Source: an uncultured Lachnospiraceae bacterium (GTDB lineage: Bacteria; Bacillota; Clostridia; Lachnospirales; Lachnospiraceae). From it: a DNA stretch of 64,000 nt. Position numbers and translations under genes: made by a program. Positions 9,285 to 18,783 of the stretch are shown here, piece after piece. The notes beneath the pieces are model-generated. The model was given only the letters and a program-made list of their open reading frames with translations. It ran no database searches and had not been told where the DNA came from. The first letter of the stretch is position 1. Every line of letters begins with the position of its first letter. The stretch spans positions 24,546 to 88,545 of the forward strand of contig CAOKWI010000004.1 of assembly GCA_948473115.1 (NCBI GenBank). Reading direction: 5' to 3'.

Positions 9285-10673
9285 CTACTTATTCAGGTTC
9301 TCAAAATAGTCCCTTATCACCGATTCCATGCCGCTGGGATATCTGCCGTTGGCAATGCCCTCATAGGCGCTGTCCGTATATTCGCCGATCACGGAGTTGT
9401 AATCCACATGGACGCCCTCCCAGGCAAGGCCGTTCTGCTGCCGGAAATAGTCCGAGTCCTGGTCCCCGTTCTTATTGCCCGTCAGGGAAGGATCATTGGC
9501 GATCGCATTGGGGATGCTGACATAATCATGGGCTGCGTCGCTGCTTCCGGTTCCGCGGCCGCTTCCCCCATTGCCGCTGCCACCGTTACCTTGCCCATTA
9601 CCGTTTCCATTGCCCTGACCGCTGCCGTTCCCGCTTCCCTGGCCGTTGCCGTTTCCATTGCCCTGCCCATTGCCGTTTCCGTTACCCTGCCCATTGCTGT
9701 TTCCATTATTCTGCCCGTTACTGCCAGAGCCGTCCTGACCACTGCCATCTCCCTGGCCGCCGTCACCCTGGCCGGAACCGTCTCCATTCCCGTTTTCACC
9801 GTTCCCATTTTCACCGCCGGAGCCAGCGCCGGGAGTCCCTGATGCCACCTGCGGCTCGTTCTGGTTCGCCATTGCCTTTGCCAACGCCTCCGCACCGGCG
9901 ATCCCCGCTGCGCCAGGGTCACTCAGCTGGCCGGCAAGGCTTTCCAGCCCCTGGGCCGCCTGGCCATATTTATAGTCCAGCCTTTCCATGGCGGAGGCAA
10001 GGCTCTCCCAGGAATCCGCCCTTGCCAGTTCCTCCTGGGACAGCTTCATGGCTTCCGCCATCTCCTGAAGCCGGGCTCTCTGCTCCTCCGTCAGGCTGTC
10101 CATATCCACACCCTCCAGGGCGTCCACCAGTTCCTCCAGTTCCTCCTGCTCCTCCTTGGCCTGCTCCTGCACCTGATGGCGAAGCTGCGCCTGATCCCGC
10201 ACCGTGGAAGGGATAAAAGCCAGGCCGATCACCACCGCCGCCGACAATGCCAACGCCAGGACATGCCTGGGATCCGGCCTCAGCGGTATCCTGATCTGAC
10301 CGCGCATCTCATTGTAATGTCCCAGGGCATCCTGTCTCTGAAGCAGGGCAAATTCCCCTTCACTGTCCTTTTGCTCATAAGCAGTAACCATGCGCTCCTT
10401 TAAGCCGAAGGAATCCAGCCTTCCCGCCGCTGCCTTCATGTCTGCCCTTCTGTACAGGGCATAGCCGATCCCTGCCAGAAGCCCCGCCCCAAAGCACAGC
10501 CCTGCCGCCAGATGCACATAATAAAACTGCCGGACCAGGGATACCAGCTCGCAGGCCATTCCCAGGATACCGCCTGCGGCGGCAAAGAGGATTCCACTGT
10601 CAATGACCTTTGCCATATTCATTTTTCGTTTACATGCTTTGATCTGTTGTATCAGGTATTCTCTGTCATCCAT
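9285..10673 (-). CDS. Membrane protein with coiled coil, Gly/Asn-rich linker and short C-terminal motif
   Basis: 3 TMs, EQ-rich helix, (GNGNGQ)n tract, ends YPSGMESVIRDYFENLNK. Confidence 0.8.
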   Translation of the reverse strand: MDDREYLIQQIKACKRKMNMAKVIDSGILFAAAGGILGMACELVSLVRQFYYVHLAAGLCFGAGLLAGIGYALYRRADMKAAAGRLDSFGLKERMVTAYEQKDSEGEFALLQRQDALGHYNEMRGQIRIPLRPDPRHVLALALSAAVVIGLAFIPSTVRDQAQLRHQVQEQAKEEQEELEELVDALEGVDMDSLTEEQRARLQEMAEAMKLSQEELARADSWESLASAMERLDYKYGQAAQGLESLAGQLSDPGAAGIAGAEALAKAMANQNEPQVASGTPGAGSGGENGNGENGNGDGSGQGDGGQGDGSGQDGSGSNGQNNGNSNGQGNGNGNGQGNGNGNGQGSGNGSGQGNGNGNGQGNGGSGNGGSGRGTGSSDAAHDYVSIPNAIANDPSLTGNKNGDQDSDYFRQQNGLAWEGVHVDYNSVIGEYTDSAYEGIANGRYPSGMESVIRDYFENLNK

Positions 10674-10717
10674 ATCCCACCACTCATATTTCCCTGTGAT
10701 ATCGCCATCTCAGCCAG

Positions 10718-11704
10718 TTACATTTCATTCCTCGTCGGCTGCAATGCAGATTCTGCCGTCTGCGTCACCCGCCTCATGGCCTGCTTCCGTGCCTTCCGCT
10801 TAATGGGATTGATCCGCTTCGCCGCCAGCCAGAGAAACAGGAAGGAAACCGCCAGGAACAGAACCGTGGAAAGGATCATCCACCAATTCCCCGAAGCGAC
10901 CAGGTTGATCGGTCCGCAGGTCCGCGTCGTGCCTGTGGTATATGGAATCCCGTTCACCAGCGAATTCCCTGTCATGACCCGGCCAAAAAATTCCACCAGA
11001 TACATAACCGGATTCAGCAGTAAAAACAGATACAAATTCTCCAAATAGCTGTAAAAGACACCGCCAGATGTATACGTCATATCAAAATAGTATGATGAAG
11101 AATAAGATACGTACTCTGCCAGCACAATGGGCAGCGCCGTAGCCCCGAAAAAGACCAGGTAGAACCCGTAGGACATGATCACCGCGCTGACGGATCTCTT
11201 ACAGAGGGAGGAACACAGGATTCCAATACTGGCGGCAAAAAATGACATCAGGAGAGCCACCGCAAAAAAACAGAACAGATAGCCCCATGACATCCCGCCC
11301 ACCACAAAGGATAGCGCCATGATGGGCATGCTGGCAACCACAAAAAACAAACTCTGTACAATCGCCGTCATCACTTTCCCCATTATAATGGAAAAGGGCG
11401 TCATGCTGGTAGTCATCATGATATCAAAGGTCTGACGCTCCTTCTCTCCCGATATGGCGGATGCCGTCCGCACCGGCACAATCAACGCCAGGATGACAAG
11501 CTGCGTCACCGCAAGGATAGGGTACAGCAGTACCAGGGTACTGTAGATATTACTGGTAGAACCCCGATTCTCCTCCTGAATGATCATCAGCGCCAGGAAA
11601 AAGACCAGCGCCAGTATCAATTCATAGGCAAATACACCCCAGCAGATCTTCATGCTGCGAGACTGCACTCTCACATCTCTCTTAATGATTGGATTCAGCT
11701 GCAT
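10718..11704 (-). CDS. ABC-2 permease
   Basis: MQLNPIIKRD start; 'ASAISGEKERQTFDIMMTT' ABC-2 motif; multiple TMs. Confidence 0.88.
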   Translation of the reverse strand: MQLNPIIKRDVRVQSRSMKICWGVFAYELILALVFFLALMIIQEENRGSTSNIYSTLVLLYPILAVTQLVILALIVPVRTASAISGEKERQTFDIMMTTSMTPFSIIMGKVMTAIVQSLFFVVASMPIMALSFVVGGMSWGYLFCFFAVALLMSFFAASIGILCSSLCKRSVSAVIMSYGFYLVFFGATALPIVLAEYVSYSSSYYFDMTYTSGGVFYSYLENLYLFLLLNPVMYLVEFFGRVMTGNSLVNGIPYTTGTTRTCGPINLVASGNWWMILSTVLFLAVSFLFLWLAAKRINPIKRKARKQAMRRVTQTAESALQPTRNEM

Positions 11705-12647
11705 TTTCCTGTCCCCCCTTCTGCTCCTCCTCATTGTCCGTGACACGCATGAACAGCGTTTCCAGGCTGCCCTCCTGCTTATGGAAGCCGGTCACCACCA
11801 CGTCATGGGCTATCATTTCGCCGATCATCCTCGCGATCTCCGGCTTGGTCATGGAATGTGTCAGCCGAATCTCCTGCTCCCCCACGGAAGTCACCTTCAC
11901 GCCCACATGTTCATTGGCAATGCGCACCGCCGTCTCCTGGCCTCCCTCCAGTGTAATGATCAGCTGGTTGCTTCCAAACACGCTGTCCATGACCTCCTCG
12001 ATCAGGCCTGACGCCACCAGGTTACCGTGGTCCATGATCCCGATACTGTTACACATTTCCGAGAGTTCGGACAGAATATGGGAACTGATCACAATGGTCT
12101 TCCCCATGCCCTTCAAATTCAGCAGGAGCTCCTTCATCTCTACCCTGGCCCTGGGATCCAGGCCGGAATTGGGCTCGTCCAGGACCAGCAGCGCCGGATT
12201 GTGGATCAGCGCCCTTGCCACACAGAGACGCTGTTTCATGCCACGGGAAAGGGTGTCCACAAAGACCTCCTTCTTGTCAGAGAGATTCACCAGTTCCAGA
12301 AGATCATCCGAAATCCTCTGGATCTCCTTTGCTCCCATGCGGTACATGGAACCGTAGAAATCCATGTATTCCCTTACCTTCAGATTATCATATACCCCAA
12401 AGAAATCCGGCACATAGCCGATCTGCTTTTTGATCTCCCTCTGATGGGCCACCGCGTCCACGCCGTTGATAATGATGTTTCCCGCAGTGGGCAGCATCAG
12501 CCCGCAGGCCATGCGGATCGTGGTCGTCTTGCCTGCGCCGTTGGGTCCCACGAAGCCGAACAGGTCGCCCTGGGGGATGTGAAGCGTGAGATTATTGACC
12601 GCCCGGAATTTACCGTAATTCTTATATAAATGCTCAATTCGCAGCAT
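11682..12647 (-). CDS. ABC transporter ATP-binding protein
   Basis: GPNGAGKTT, LSRGMKQR, LLVLDEP, SSH. Confidence 0.93.
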   Translation of the reverse strand: MLRIEHLYKNYGKFRAVNNLTLHIPQGDLFGFVGPNGAGKTTTIRMACGLMLPTAGNIIINGVDAVAHQREIKKQIGYVPDFFGVYDNLKVREYMDFYGSMYRMGAKEIQRISDDLLELVNLSDKKEVFVDTLSRGMKQRLCVARALIHNPALLVLDEPNSGLDPRARVEMKELLLNLKGMGKTIVISSHILSELSEMCNSIGIMDHGNLVASGLIEEVMDSVFGSNQLIITLEGGQETAVRIANEHVGVKVTSVGEQEIRLTHSMTKPEIARMIGEMIAHDVVVTGFHKQEGSLETLFMRVTDNEEEQKGGQENAAESNH

Positions 12648-14709
12648 ACTGTCCACCCCCTGCTCCTGTCTGCCCCGCATCGCCTGTGCCACCTGCCCCC
12701 GTCTTCAGATAGGAATAGAAGCATCCGTAAGCAACCTCGCTGCATTGATCCGCCACAGCCTTATCAAAGTCCTTCACCACCCCCGCTGCCACCACTGTAC
12801 CGGCCTGGGAATTATCCTCCTCTGCAACGCCAAGGCCGATCAGCAGCGCCGCCATATCCGCCTGGTCATATTCAGCGCGGGTTCCGTAAATTCCAACCAT
12901 ATTATGCAGCAGATCATATAAGTAATTCGTGGATCCCTCATATACGCATCTGCCGTCCCCGGACGCCTGCTGCAGGTCAAGGGTCTCCCCCGCCTTCACA
13001 TCCGAGAATACCATGATATATGTACGGGACCAGACAGCCATATATGCCAGGTCATAACCGGTGTCATTTGTGACCGTACCTTCCGCGTTCCCAATGCCGA
13101 TTCCTTTCAGGCCCTCACCGGTAAAGGTTCCCACGCTTTCCGTCTTCTTTCCGGCATATAGGAATCCATTCTCAAAATTCTCATCGGGCTTCAACCCGAC
13201 GGACAGCCCCCTACTGTCATTGCCGACAATATAGTGATAATCATTAATGGAAGCTGTACTGCTGCTATAATAGTAATTGCGGACGAAACTCGGTCCCGCC
13301 ACGTCATAGTCGTCCTGTAAATGTACTTCCCAGGGCTTCACGCCGGAATGGTATGCCAGCAGATAGGTATCTGCCTGGTTTCCCTCCGCCTGCTGCACCG
13401 TGACGGAACAGACCCTTGTATCCTTTACGCGCAATTCCCTCCCGAACAGAAATACCCCTGCGATAAAGAGAATACTAAGGGCGGGTGTCCCCACCCAGTA
13501 CCATTCGCTCTTTTTGCTTTTACGCAGGACCAGGTACAGGACCGGCCCCACCAGCACCACATAAATAAGGATCAGTACCTTAAGCCATGAAAAATTCACA
13601 TCTGAATTACGGCTGTCAATAAAAGCAAGCGCCTGCTCCCCCACATCTTCCAGGCCGGAGTTTCCGCGGATGTTCTGATAGCTGTTGGAACAACGCATAA
13701 GCTCCTGATATATTTCCTGAATCCTATATGCATCCAGCTTCTGCAGTTCCTTTTCCCCCAGGGAGAAATAAAGCAGGGCTACCGCACCGTCCTCCATGGG
13801 GCAGTTGACGGCAGGATGCTCCATACTTTCACCCACCCACATTTTTTTATAGTTCAGGTCGGCTATCGCCATCTGGCTGAAGTCAATGTCCGCCTCGTCC
13901 GTATAAGCATAATAATATCCATATTTAGCTGCATTCGTTACCGCAATGTTCTCCTCACCCGGTTCGCTGACATTCCTCACTTCCACATCCAGGAAATCCT
14001 CTTCAAACCCGGAAAGCGTCTGCTCCGCATACGCGCCCGTGCCGATGATCAGCCAGCCGCCGCCACACACCCAGTCCTGGATCGCCTTGATGTTCTCATC
14101 GCTCAGGGTGGACGTATTGAACTGGTCGATGACCAGGAAATATAATCCGTCCAGAAATCCCGCCAGGTTCTCATTATTCAGTTCCACCAGTTCCATGGGA
14201 TAATTGATTCCCCTGATATTGAAAAGCTCGCCTCCCGCATCCAGGAAGGAAAGGTCAGAATAGTGGTCGGACAGGATTCCTACCGGGATCCCCGAAAGAA
14301 TGTCCTTGAATAAATCCCTCATGAAAATGGAATGTTCCACATTTCCTTCCCCATCCAGGAAATTTAACTGGCAGACCCCATTTACTGTTTCCACTGTCCC
14401 CTCCGGTACCGTGACCGTAAACTGCTTCTTTCCCTGCGCCGGAAGGGTGATCTCCGTGTTATAGGCGCAGTTGTCATAGCCTGCGCCGAAAATCACCTGC
14501 ACCGTCCCCGTGAAATCCTCCCCGCTGTTTTCCACCGTCACCTGCACCACATAACGGTCAGCCTCCTGCTTGAGCACCCGCACGTCGCCGGAAAGCGTTC
14601 CCCCCTCAGGCGGAAGGCTCCCGGCGGATACCACACAGCCCTTCCCGCCCCATATCAGACAGAACATGCATAGCAGCATGAGCGCCTTTACCATAACCTT
14701 TCTGCGCAT
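12634..14709 (-). CDS. Signal-peptide membrane protein with large extracytoplasmic domains
   Basis: N-terminal signal-like stretch, Ig-like then GATase-like segment (WVCGGGWLIIGTG), central TM pair 'LILIYVVLVGPVLYLVL'; first gene of the operon. Confidence 0.8.
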   Translation of the reverse strand: MRRKVMVKALMLLCMFCLIWGGKGCVVSAGSLPPEGGTLSGDVRVLKQEADRYVVQVTVENSGEDFTGTVQVIFGAGYDNCAYNTEITLPAQGKKQFTVTVPEGTVETVNGVCQLNFLDGEGNVEHSIFMRDLFKDILSGIPVGILSDHYSDLSFLDAGGELFNIRGINYPMELVELNNENLAGFLDGLYFLVIDQFNTSTLSDENIKAIQDWVCGGGWLIIGTGAYAEQTLSGFEEDFLDVEVRNVSEPGEENIAVTNAAKYGYYYAYTDEADIDFSQMAIADLNYKKMWVGESMEHPAVNCPMEDGAVALLYFSLGEKELQKLDAYRIQEIYQELMRCSNSYQNIRGNSGLEDVGEQALAFIDSRNSDVNFSWLKVLILIYVVLVGPVLYLVLRKSKKSEWYWVGTPALSILFIAGVFLFGRELRVKDTRVCSVTVQQAEGNQADTYLLAYHSGVKPWEVHLQDDYDVAGPSFVRNYYYSSSTASINDYHYIVGNDSRGLSVGLKPDENFENGFLYAGKKTESVGTFTGEGLKGIGIGNAEGTVTNDTGYDLAYMAVWSRTYIMVFSDVKAGETLDLQQASGDGRCVYEGSTNYLYDLLHNMVGIYGTRAEYDQADMAALLIGLGVAEEDNSQAGTVVAAGVVKDFDKAVADQCSEVAYGCFYSYLKTGAGGTGDAGQTGAGGGQYAAN

Positions 14710-14855
14710 ACCTATCCTCCATCCCAGTATGGTTTTTTTACAAAACCGCCTTTTCACAAATTTTATCATAACATTCCTGTGGAATAAATTCTTTTATTTT
14801 AAAATATCTTTAAGACTTTCTAAAGATATGATTGAGAGCGAATTTCCTATAAGGT

Positions 14856-14882
14856 AAAAAAAGGGGCGTTCCCTGAACGCCC
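14856..14882 (-). terminator. Rho-independent terminator after rpmF
   Basis: GGGCGTTC/GAACGCCC stem followed by a T7 run on the minus strand. Confidence 0.8.
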
Positions 14883-14903
14883 GACATTGCTGAAACCCTT
14901 TCA

Positions 14904-15083
14904 TTAATCAACACTGATAACCTGCTTCTTATTATAAGAACCGCAAGCCTTGCAAACTCTGTGAGGCATCATCAGCGCACCGCACTTGCTGCACTTTACC
15001 AGCACAGGAGCGCTCATCTTCCAGTTTGCTCTTCTCTTATCTCTTCTACTCTTGGAAGATTTATTCTTAGGACAGATTGACAT
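14904..15083 (-). CDS. rpmF: 50S ribosomal protein L32
   Basis: MSICPKNKSSKSRRDKRRA...CSKCG...PHRVCKACGSY; GGAGG RBS. Confidence 0.97.
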   Translation of the reverse strand: MSICPKNKSSKSRRDKRRANWKMSAPVLVKCSKCGALMMPHRVCKACGSYNKKQVISVD

Positions 15084-15087
15084 ATCA

Positions 15088-15612
15088 TTACACCTCCTTA
15101 CCCGCGTTGAAGATATCCTGTATAGCAGCCATACGAGGATCGGGGACAAAAGTATCGCATCCGCAATCCTTTATGTTCAGATTCTGTCCGCACTTGGGGC
15201 AGATGCCCTTGCAGTCCTCTTTGCACAGAATCTTTGCCGGCCAGTTACCTATCATTTCATTGTACACAAAAGTCTCTACATTCAGCTGATAACCTTCCAT
15301 AAAACTCAGGTCATCGATCTCTTCCTCTTCCGTTTCCACATCAGGTGCAGCGACAACCCTGTCAAAATCCAGCACCAGCGTCACAGGCACTTCCGTCAGG
15401 CACCGGTCACACACAGCCCTGAACCTCAGCCTGACATTGCCTTCCACCCTTGCCTTGCCCTCCTCAATATTGGTAAAGAGGAACGACACCGGGGATTTCT
15501 CTATAATCCCGTAGCTTCCCGTACGGCACTCAAAGCTTGTCATTTCAAGGTCTGCACTCTTCCGAACCTGCCTGCCCTCGGATGTCAGTACATCAGATAA
15601 GTTTACTAACAT
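15088..15612 (-). CDS. yceD: YceD/DUF177 family protein
   Basis: CDRCL and CKEDCKGICPKCGQNLN...DPR motifs; directly upstream of rpmF. Confidence 0.93.
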   Translation of the reverse strand: MLVNLSDVLTSEGRQVRKSADLEMTSFECRTGSYGIIEKSPVSFLFTNIEEGKARVEGNVRLRFRAVCDRCLTEVPVTLVLDFDRVVAAPDVETEEEEIDDLSFMEGYQLNVETFVYNEMIGNWPAKILCKEDCKGICPKCGQNLNIKDCGCDTFVPDPRMAAIQDIFNAGKEV

Positions 15613-15729
15613 AGCGGCTCCTATGCATAATAATCATATGTGCTTTCTTCACACACTGATTTATTATACATATAGGAAGCGGGTTTGTCAACAAAAAGTT
15701 GTAAATCATTGGTACTCTTTCGTAATAGT

Positions 15730-16161
15730 TCAGCATTCTTTCTTCTGGTATTCCTCCAGCCGCCGGTTCATTTCAGCAGCCTCCCATTTTCCCTTTTTCC
15801 AGGAGATGACCGTTACGCCCCCGAAGATAACGGCAATGGCAAGTATCATGGACACCACACTTCCAAACCGGGAGGGATTATACCATTCAAACCATGCGCC
15901 GCTGCCAAGGACTACCACATTGATCAGGACATAATGGATCAGTGTCCTGACGATGGCCTCCACCCTGCCCATCTCCCTTTTCCATGGAAAGACAATCTGC
16001 GACATCAGCGTACACAGCCCCGATATCAACGCCATCTGCCAAAGAAGCGCCGATTCCACCAGTTCCACAGGGTTGATGACAGTAGTGAATAATGCCGTTG
16101 CGAACACCACGCCGGTCATCACCATGGTGTATGTATGAAATAAATGTTTCAGTCTTCTCAT
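15730..16161 (-). CDS. DUF3021 family membrane protein
   Basis: 4 TMs, 'IHYVLI', ends EMNRRLEEYQK; follows a LytTR gene. Confidence 0.8.
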   Translation of the reverse strand: MRRLKHLFHTYTMVMTGVVFATALFTTVINPVELVESALLWQMALISGLCTLMSQIVFPWKREMGRVEAIVRTLIHYVLINVVVLGSGAWFEWYNPSRFGSVVSMILAIAVIFGGVTVISWKKGKWEAAEMNRRLEEYQKKEC

Positions 16162-16241
16162 ATATTCATCCACACCTTTCCGTCCAGTGTATTGTAGTAT
16201 TGATATTCTGCATAGCTTTGCCATATATCAAATGCATTACA

Positions 16242-16679
16242 CTAAAGTCCAAGTTTTGCCTTCATGTCAGGCACATATTGTCTGGAAACGATAAGCTTTT
16301 CCCCGTTTTTCATCAGGAGTTCAAACCGTCCATTAAAGATAGGGCTGAAACTCTTTACTTTGGAGAGATTTACAATGGTGGACTTGGTCGCCCTGAAAAA
16401 ATCTGTCTCCGCAAACCGCTGCTCCAGTTCATACAGCTTCAGCCGGCATTCATATACATCCTTTTCCAGGTAGGCGAATACTTTATTGTCCACCGCCTCA
16501 AAATAGTAAATCTCTTTCGGGGAAATCTGCAGGAATCTCCCTTCCCGGAGAACCGTCAGCTTCTCCTGCCCCGCTTTCAGGGCATAGATCATTTTCAGCA
16601 ACCTGTCGTCCAGATGACGGCACCGGACAATGATCTCATCCTCCTCGCCCTCCGGACGATCCTGTATCGTTATCTTCAT
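16242..16679 (-). CDS. LytTR DNA-binding domain regulator without a receiver domain
   Basis: IYYFEAVDNKVFAY...LYELE...FFRATKSTIVNL...VSRQY. Confidence 0.92.
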   Translation of the reverse strand: MKITIQDRPEGEEDEIIVRCRHLDDRLLKMIYALKAGQEKLTVLREGRFLQISPKEIYYFEAVDNKVFAYLEKDVYECRLKLYELEQRFAETDFFRATKSTIVNLSKVKSFSPIFNGRFELLMKNGEKLIVSRQYVPDMKAKLGL

Positions 16680-16680
16680 T

Positions 16681-16837
16681 CAATCCGTCCTATCCTTTAT
16701 GTCCACAGCTGTTTCCAAACCGTTCTATCCTTTTCATCCACCGCAGTTCTCAATCCGTCCTGTCCTTTATGTCCACAGCGGTCCTCAATCCGTCCTGTCC
16801 TTTATGTCCACAGCGGTCCTCAATCCGTCCTGTCCTT
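16681..16837. repeat. 35-bp tandem repeat, about 4.5 copies
   Basis: Unit CAATCCGTCCTGTCCTTTATGTCCACAGCGGTCCT starting at 16681, 16716, 16751, 16786 and 16821 (partial); copies 3 and 4 are identical; no spacers. Confidence 0.92.
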
Positions 16838-17740
16838 CAATCTGCGCCGCTTGTTCAAAATGATTGCGAAACCCATGGCTATGACTCCATATAACACCAA
16901 AACGGAAAGCTGCTCGCCCGGTGACAGTATCCTATCCCCCGCTGTCAGCGTGATTCCCATGCGCTCCTGGAAGATCTCCACCGCCTGGTCAGGCATGCCC
17001 TGAAAAGTGGTTTCCGTTATCTCCCCCAGGCAGACCCTGCGCATCAGGGAGATCCCCTGAAGCACGGGCAGGCATTTTAACACTGTCTGCAGCCGCTCCG
17101 AAAAAGCGGACATGGGAAGATAGATGCCTCCCGCAAATCCCACCAATGTCCCCACGATGGTCAGCATCCCGCCCCAGGCGCTGTAACTGTGGATAAATGT
17201 GGCAAGCAGATACCCCAGGGCGGCATATATAAATGTGTTTAAGAGGATCATGCCGCACATGGCTGCCAGCACCGGCACAGGAAGCAGCCCCAATCCCTTG
17301 ACCGCCATATACAGCTGGCCTGCCGCCAGGGTCAGGATACTCATTGCCGCCCCTGTAAACCATGCCGCCAGCACATACCCCAGCACCAGCTTTCCCCGCT
17401 TCACCGGGGTCACATAAAAGCTGGCAAGGCGGCTCTGTTCCTCGTCCTGCACCATAATGCCGATGACAGTCAGCGTGATCGTGACGGAATTGACGATCAG
17501 GATTCCCGCCAGCGTCCACAGCTGGATCAGGTGCTTCGCATTGGCCTCATCCCTGGCCGCATCCCGCTCCCCGCCGTAACGTTCCAGCAGAAGCACCAGG
17601 TCCCCGCTGTTCATGCTGCCCAGAAAAATGACCATCAGCCCCAGGACGATCAGCATGGACAGTATGGAAAAGAATACTGCCCTCCTGTCCCGAAGATACA
17701 CCAGACTATTCCTCTTTGTCAAATATATTATTTCTCTCAT
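16820..17740 (-). CDS. ABC-2 permease
   Basis: TKRNSLVYLRDRRAVFFS start; about 6 TMs; GGIYLPM. Confidence 0.88.
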   Translation of the reverse strand: MREIIYLTKRNSLVYLRDRRAVFFSILSMLIVLGLMVIFLGSMNSGDLVLLLERYGGERDAARDEANAKHLIQLWTLAGILIVNSVTITLTVIGIMVQDEEQSRLASFYVTPVKRGKLVLGYVLAAWFTGAAMSILTLAAGQLYMAVKGLGLLPVPVLAAMCGMILLNTFIYAALGYLLATFIHSYSAWGGMLTIVGTLVGFAGGIYLPMSAFSERLQTVLKCLPVLQGISLMRRVCLGEITETTFQGMPDQAVEIFQERMGITLTAGDRILSPGEQLSVLVLYGVIAMGFAIILNKRRRLKDRTD

Positions 17741-17742
17741 GA

Positions 17743-18672
17743 TTACATTTCCTCCAGATTCTTTCCCGTGATATTCAGAAAAACGTCATCCATGGAACCC
17801 TGGACCAGTTCGAACCCATCCAGCAGTTCCTCTGTTTCCTTTAAGACCGGCAGCGCCATCATACTGTCCTTCAAAAAGATTTCAAATAACCGCCCCTCCC
17901 TGTCCTGTCCGGAAAGATTGTACTGCTTTTCCTCCAGTCTCTCCTCCAGCGCCGCATCCATTCCCGGCTTTGCCATCAGCCGCAGCCTGTCCCTGGAGTA
18001 CCTCTCCTTCAGTGAAAAGGGAGTTCCATACTCCCTGATCTTCCCGCTGTCCATGACCGCGATATGGCTGCACTTCGCCGCTTCCTCCATATAATGTGTG
18101 GTAAGGAAGATCGTCATACCATCCTGCCGCATCTTTTCCAGGCTCTCCCACACTGTCTTTCTGGTAGCCGGATCCAGCCCCGTGGTTGGCTCATCCAGAA
18201 ACAGGATCTCCGGAGTGTGAAGCAGGGCTCTCGCAATCTCACATTTCCGTTTCTGACCGCCGGAAAGCATGCCGAAGTGCCTGTCCAGTGTTTCCTCCAG
18301 GCGCAGATGCTCACAGACCCGCTCCATGCTTCCCTTCAGTTTCCTGATATCCTTCTCATACAGACTGCCCCGGACAAGCAGATTTTCCCGCACTGTCAGC
18401 CTGTCATCCAGACAGTTGTTCTGGTACACCACGCCTATTTTGTTCCGGATTGCCTCGTCTTCCCTGCCAAGCACACTGCCGCCGATCCTGATCTCTCCCG
18501 CGGTAGGCTTAAACAGCGTACACAGCATATTGATGGTGGTGGACTTCCCCGCGCCGTTCACCCCCAGGAATCCAAACAGTTCTCCCCTTTCCACCGAAAA
18601 GCTGATGTCGTCCACCGCCTTTACCTTCCCGAAGTATTTCTTTAATCCGTTTACCTGAATGATCTGTTCCAT
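17743..18672 (-). CDS. ABC transporter ATP-binding protein
   Basis: GVNGAGKST, LSGGQKRK, LFLDEPTTGLDP, TTHYMEEA. Confidence 0.95.
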   Translation of the reverse strand: MEQIIQVNGLKKYFGKVKAVDDISFSVERGELFGFLGVNGAGKSTTINMLCTLFKPTAGEIRIGGSVLGREDEAIRNKIGVVYQNNCLDDRLTVRENLLVRGSLYEKDIRKLKGSMERVCEHLRLEETLDRHFGMLSGGQKRKCEIARALLHTPEILFLDEPTTGLDPATRKTVWESLEKMRQDGMTIFLTTHYMEEAAKCSHIAVMDSGKIREYGTPFSLKERYSRDRLRLMAKPGMDAALEERLEEKQYNLSGQDREGRLFEIFLKDSMMALPVLKETEELLDGFELVQGSMDDVFLNITGKNLEEM

Positions 18673-18710
18673 TTGCTCCTCCCTGACACATCTTTTTTTG
18701 TATCTTAAAC

Positions 18711-18771
18711 AAAAAATGCAGCCGCCGCAACAAAATTGCGGTAAGCTGCATTTTATGCCAGGTAACCTGCG
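18711..18771 (-). promoter_or_regulatory. Putative LytTR direct repeats overlapping a terminator-like hairpin
   Basis: Minus strand GCAGGTTACC and GCAGCTTACC at a 21-bp period; hairpin AAAATGCAGC...GCTGCATTTT. Confidence 0.55.
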
Positions 18772-18783
18772 TGGTATGGCTCC

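Noticed and set aside
16681-16837. Possible CRISPR array (35-bp repeats)
   Set aside because: Units are head to tail with no unique spacers, derive from the adjacent gene end, and no cas genes are present
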